Shown here: positions 52,753 through 64,000 of the stretch, in pieces
Position numbering within the stretch: position 1 is the stretch's first letter
Layout: each line of letters opens with the position of its first letter
Assembly: GCF_009914755.1 (NCBI RefSeq)
Contig: NC_060937.1
DNA from: the human T2T-CHM13v2.0 reference genome, Homo sapiens
Strand: one strand, 5' to 3'
Length of the DNA: 64,000 bases
Program-made: the position numbers and the translations under genes
The notes under the pieces: generated by a model
Databases searched by the model: none
Seen by the model: the letters and a program-made list of their open reading frames with translations, nothing else
Told to the model about the DNA's origin: nothing

Positions 52753-52803
<51 letters not shown>
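52753..52803. repeat. (TATC)12 tetranucleotide STR preceded by a TG tract
   Basis: Seen directly. Confidence 0.95.
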
Positions 52804-53474
52804 TTTTATGCCAGTACCATACTGTTTTAATCACAGTAGTTTTTAATATATTTTAAAATCGAGAGTGTGATATCTCCAGCTTTGTTCTTCTTGTTCAGAT
52901 TGTTTTGTGTATTTGGGGTCTTTTGTGGCTCCAAATGAATTTCAAGATTTTTTCTATTTCTGTAAAGAATACCATTGGGATTTTGACAGAGATTGGATCG
53001 AATCTGAAGATTGCTTTGCATAGTATGGACGTTTTAACAATATTAATTCTTCTCATCCATAAACCTGAGATGTCTTTCCATTTATTTGTGTGTGCTTTAA
53101 CTTCTTTTATCAGTGTCTTACACTTTTCAGTGAATATGTTCACCCTCTTGGTTAGATTTATTCCTAACTTTTTTTTTGATGTTACTGTAAATGGGATTGT
53201 TTTCTGAGTTTCATTTTCAGATGTGTCATTTTTAGTGTACAAAAACTGAACTGACTTTTTATGTTAATGTAGTATCTTGCAAATGTACTGAAATTATTTT
53301 TGCATCCCATCGCTTTTTTTGTAGATACTTTGGAGCTTTGTACATACAAGATCATGTCATCCCCAAACACAGATAATTATACTTCTTCCTTTCCAATTTG
53401 GATGCTTTTTCTTGCCTAATTTGGAGTTCCAAAACTTTACGGAACATAAGTGGCAAAAGTGGGCATCCTTGCCT

Positions 53475-53943
53475 TGTATTAGCTTTTTATTACTGCTGTA
53501 ACAAATTGCCATTAATTTTGTGGCTAAAAATAGCACAAATTTATTATTGTGCAGTAGGTCAGAACTCTGACACAGGTCTTACTGGGCTAAAATCAAGGCT
53601 GTGTTCCTTTCTGGAGGCTATAAGAGAATATTAGTTGCTTGCCTTTAGCAGCTTCTAGAGGCCACCCACATTCCTTGGCTCATGGCCTCTTTCTCTGTCT
53701 TCAAAATCTACAGAAGTGGGTTGAAGCCTTTCCAAGCCACATCACTATGACATTGTCTTCTGCCTATCTTCTTCTACTCTTAAGGACTTAAGTAATTAGA
53801 TGGGGCCTATCCAGATAATTCAGTATAATCTGCCTTCAAAAGGTCCTTATAAAGTCCCTTTAGCCATGTAAGAAAACATATTCATAGGGACTGAGGACTA
53901 GGACATGGGCATTTTGGAGGAGCCCATTATTCTACCTACCACA
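53475..53943 (-). mobile_element. MLT1 (MLT1D-like) solo LTR
   Basis: tgtattagctttttattactgctgtaacaaattgcc...gcttctagaggccacccacattccttggctc...tacctaccaca. Confidence 0.85.
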
Positions 53944-55059
53944 GTATCTTTGTGATTTGTGTGAATAATCTTTTTCTGGTCCATATGGATTCAGTTGTAA
54001 TAATATAATATTGATAAATCATTGAACAATAAATTATGTCACTGCAGAATAAATTTGTGTGTATTTGTTTAAACATGAGTCTACTGTTCTGTAGAAATTG
54101 AGTCACTGTCTGTTTTCTTAGAACTCCATTTTAAGTATTATCCACCAGCTGCACTAACAGAACCAAAAAAGTTAATGTATTTTGGAAGGGAAAGTTCACA
54201 CCATGGGGTTTTAGGCTTGGAAGGCAATGCATTTATGTGATAGCGTTAACAGACTTTCATTTAATATATTCATTAGAATGCAAGCAGGCAAATCTTGGTA
54301 TTTACAGGCATAAAGGTCATAATTTTGACTACTTTTATGTTATTGTGAAAATCACTACGATATAGTAATTTGTAATTTTACTTAGGCATCACAGTTCTAT
54401 GAAGCTGATAAGCAAAAGCATCACTTAAGCTTCCTAATTTTTATTTTCCCAGTCTGTCATTTGGGAATAACAATAATACCTATCCTAGAAGGCAGTCATA
54501 AGAATTAAATTTTATAATGCTTACAAGGTTGTCAGAAAATTTTAAACAGATAATAATTGTTGAATAAATGTCAGCTTTTATTTTTGTTTGCTAGTGAGTA
54601 ATCCTGGATGAACTGCCTGCACGTACACTTTCATGTGGTTTTGTTCTTGTCCACTCATATCCTATGATATATTTTGTGAAGGAAACCATATATATTTCAC
54701 AGCATTCACGACTTTGGGTAATTTTGAAAACTTCAGACCAGGGCATAGTGATTAGGAATATCTATTTGCAGACAGTAAAATGTTGGCCACTCAAAAGAAA
54801 TCACATAAAAGGATTATAAATTGATTTACTCCAAGGCCACGTTTTTGTTTTTGCTATATGTTAGAGTCTGTGACAAATTCTTTTTAAAATGTTGAGTGAT
54901 TAATTTTTGCAAAAAACTAAACACCATGTGGAAGTTATTCCATTGACTAGAGCTGGGCTTCCTATTTTGGACCAATGAGGAAGTGTGAATGTGGAGTAAT
55001 GAGACTCAACCCATTACTCTATATTAGAATCACTTGCAAAGTATTGGAAACTACAATTG

Positions 55060-55615
<556 letters not shown>

Positions 55616-56047
55616 TGCTTTATATTAATGAGACTAAACAAGATCTAAAGATGTTCTGCTAACATTTTGAGGAATGACTCAGCCTCAGGTGGCTGATGTT
55701 AAGGAAGAAATTAATGTAAATGTGAAGGCTTATGTTCAAGTGTATTTACTAAGATATCACCATCTTCTTACTTCATTCTATCTGATCTGAGCACCTTGAG
55801 TGGAATGTGGTATGGAATATGTATTTACAAGATGGTTGTCTGTTGCCTGCAATGGAAGGACAATATCCACAATGGCATGGTGGTGTTGTTGGGAGAGAAG
55901 GGATTGTGGAGATGACAAGGAGGGGTGAATGATCTCTCATAAGTGTACTTGAATTATTGAGAGATTATAGGCGATTAAAATAGAACATTAATATTACATT
56001 TTCTCCTATACTCAAATATCTTTTATGTAATCCTTCATCATTACTTG

Positions 56048-61720
<5,673 letters not shown>

Positions 61721-62754
61721 GTCAGCAGATTTGCTAATCCTCTCTGCCTGGGGATTTCCTAAATTTTTGGCTCCTGCATTTGCTCTCATGAATAGTAGAA
61801 GAGAAAGGACTAACATTTGTGAGGAAAAATAAGCATTGAGAGGAAAAGGAGCACTTGATGAGAGATGGATCCAAATCATTACCATATACATAAGTAAGTA
61901 CCATTAGTTATGTAAGCATCATTTATACTGGTCAAATATTCTTATCATTTCTTTCCTCCTGTCTTAGCCCTCTTCTGATAATCTGGTAAAAGCTATGAAC
62001 CTGTCCTAGAAATGCACGTGTTCACATTTACAGAAAGGTTTGCATATATATATTTTTAAAGTCCTCATTGAATTATCAATAGACAACTCAGTATTACACA
62101 AACCCAAATCATTGCCTACTTCTCATTCTTACTCCACTATTAGCTGTAGCTGTGCAACATATCAAGAGTCAAGAAAATTTTGATGTTACATTTTGTGAGA
62201 GCTAAGTATTAGGGATAAGTGTGAACATTAGATTAAAAAACTATTTTCATGCTTCATTTGAATCAATTATTACTTGAGAAGTTTAAGAAATGCCCAAGAA
62301 TTCTGCCATTTTGGTATAGGCAGAGTGATCAAATCTTAGAACAAGAAGAGAAAACAGTAAAGTGTGGAGAGCAGAAAGATATGGGAATTATTGAAGAATG
62401 GGATGAAGGATTAGTAAATGTAATTCTGTTATTGTTCAAAACTCTGAGATTCTCTGATAATTTTAATTGGTCTTGGAGGTTCCAGAAACTTAAGTAACAA
62501 TCAGAAGAGCAAAGAGGAATTAAAGTTTTCCTTCCCAAACATCTTATGTTTCTTCAGATCCTTTTGTAAAATGCAAGAGCAATAAGGAGTGGTCAGATTA
62601 TTGATTCCATGTGTTGAAAATACTGGGCCTGAAATCAGTACACAAGTAAAGAAAATGCTAGAAGGGGAAATAGGAAGCTCTAGATATTGAAAAGGGGTTC
62701 TTAAAATGTAAGTAAGGCAGCCTATAGTAGAGAAAGTAATGGGTTTCTTAATTA

Positions 62755-63090
<336 letters not shown>

Positions 63091-63109
63091 CCAGTTAGAA
63101 TTATCTTTC

Positions 63110-63400
63110 TAAGACTCAGTAATAATCCACCCTTCAGGAAGCAAGGGTCATACACTTTTCCACAGGAATTCCTTGGCTTACTCATTTGGGTGGTGTTGAA
63201 GTGGTACTCCTCACCTGTGCCCCCACAAAAGCATTCTATTTCTTCTTATATGTGGCACACAAACTATACTGTCCTAACAACAAATACATGTCTTCCTCCC
63301 CCACTACTTCTTTGTATTCCCTCCTACTGTCTGTCTACAATAGTTTTTAACACACAATAAATCCTAAATAAATGTGTCTGTTGAATAAATTTGAATTGAT
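63110..63400 (+). mobile_element. L2 3' fragment
   Basis: caccttcaggaagc-like motif and terminus aataaatgtgtctgttgaataaat. Confidence 0.5.
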
Positions 63401-64000
63401 CAGAATTTGACTTTAATGACAAAACATGCTTAATTCTTACAGGCATTTCTCAAAATGATGTTCAGAATGCACAAAATAATTAAACTCTTAAGCTATGAAA
63501 TACCAATTTTAAATAAAAACGTGGGAGAAATATCCCACGGATGTCCTTTTGGATGCTTTTTCACAGTCTCCTAAAAATAAAATTTGGAACTTCTTTTGCG
63601 CAGTTACTCTTTCAACATAGATAAGCAGAGATCTGGATGGGGTTTTTGCAGAAGTAAAAATTTTTTTATCTCTTATATTTATGATTTCTTCTGAGACTGA
63701 CTATGTGAAATGATGACATTTGTGCAGTTTATTAGCAGTCAGCTACAAATGTATTGGAGTAGTGTTATGTAACACTAAATAGTTTGAATCCCTAAAGGGA
63801 CAGCAAATATTTTTTTCGGCTGACATGTCTTATTAGTCAAAACCCTTAGGAAATCCTCTAAATAACCCATTCACTAAAAACCATGGCTTAAAAATCCTAG
63901 TTTAATTGTTTCCAAAGAAGTACTGAAAGTTTTAACATATAAAATACAAAGTAACCTAAGTGGAAATCAATCATCATGACATTTGCTAAAGTCCCTATTA

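Overview
Human genomic DNA covering the 5' part of EDNRB (endothelin receptor type B, minus strand) and about 48 kb upstream. Coding exons 3 (77-281), 2 (416-528) and 1 (15018-15500) splice in frame with GT/AG boundaries. A CpG-island promoter follows, with an upstream coding exon (16324-16542) that gives the 532-aa N-extended isoform through an internal acceptor at 15551. The rest is repeat-rich: a two-LTR HERV-H provirus (30146-36304, TSD CAGAG), a truncated MER41 provirus, THE1 LTRs, a dead L1PA4/5-like element, Alus, L2, MIR and MER5A. I see no new multi-gene system. Best leads: (1) HERV-H and MER41 5' LTRs pointing at EDNRB with consensus splice donors that could use the 15551 acceptor; (2) a FLAM_A + 7SL chimeric retroposon inside one TSD pair; (3) a TSD-flanked ~200-bp retrocopy of an unidentified polyadenylated RNA; (4) two template-switch rearrangements; (5) uORFs in the EDNRB leaders. 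Repeat subfamily names come from recalled consensus sequences, and old-repeat boundaries are approximate.
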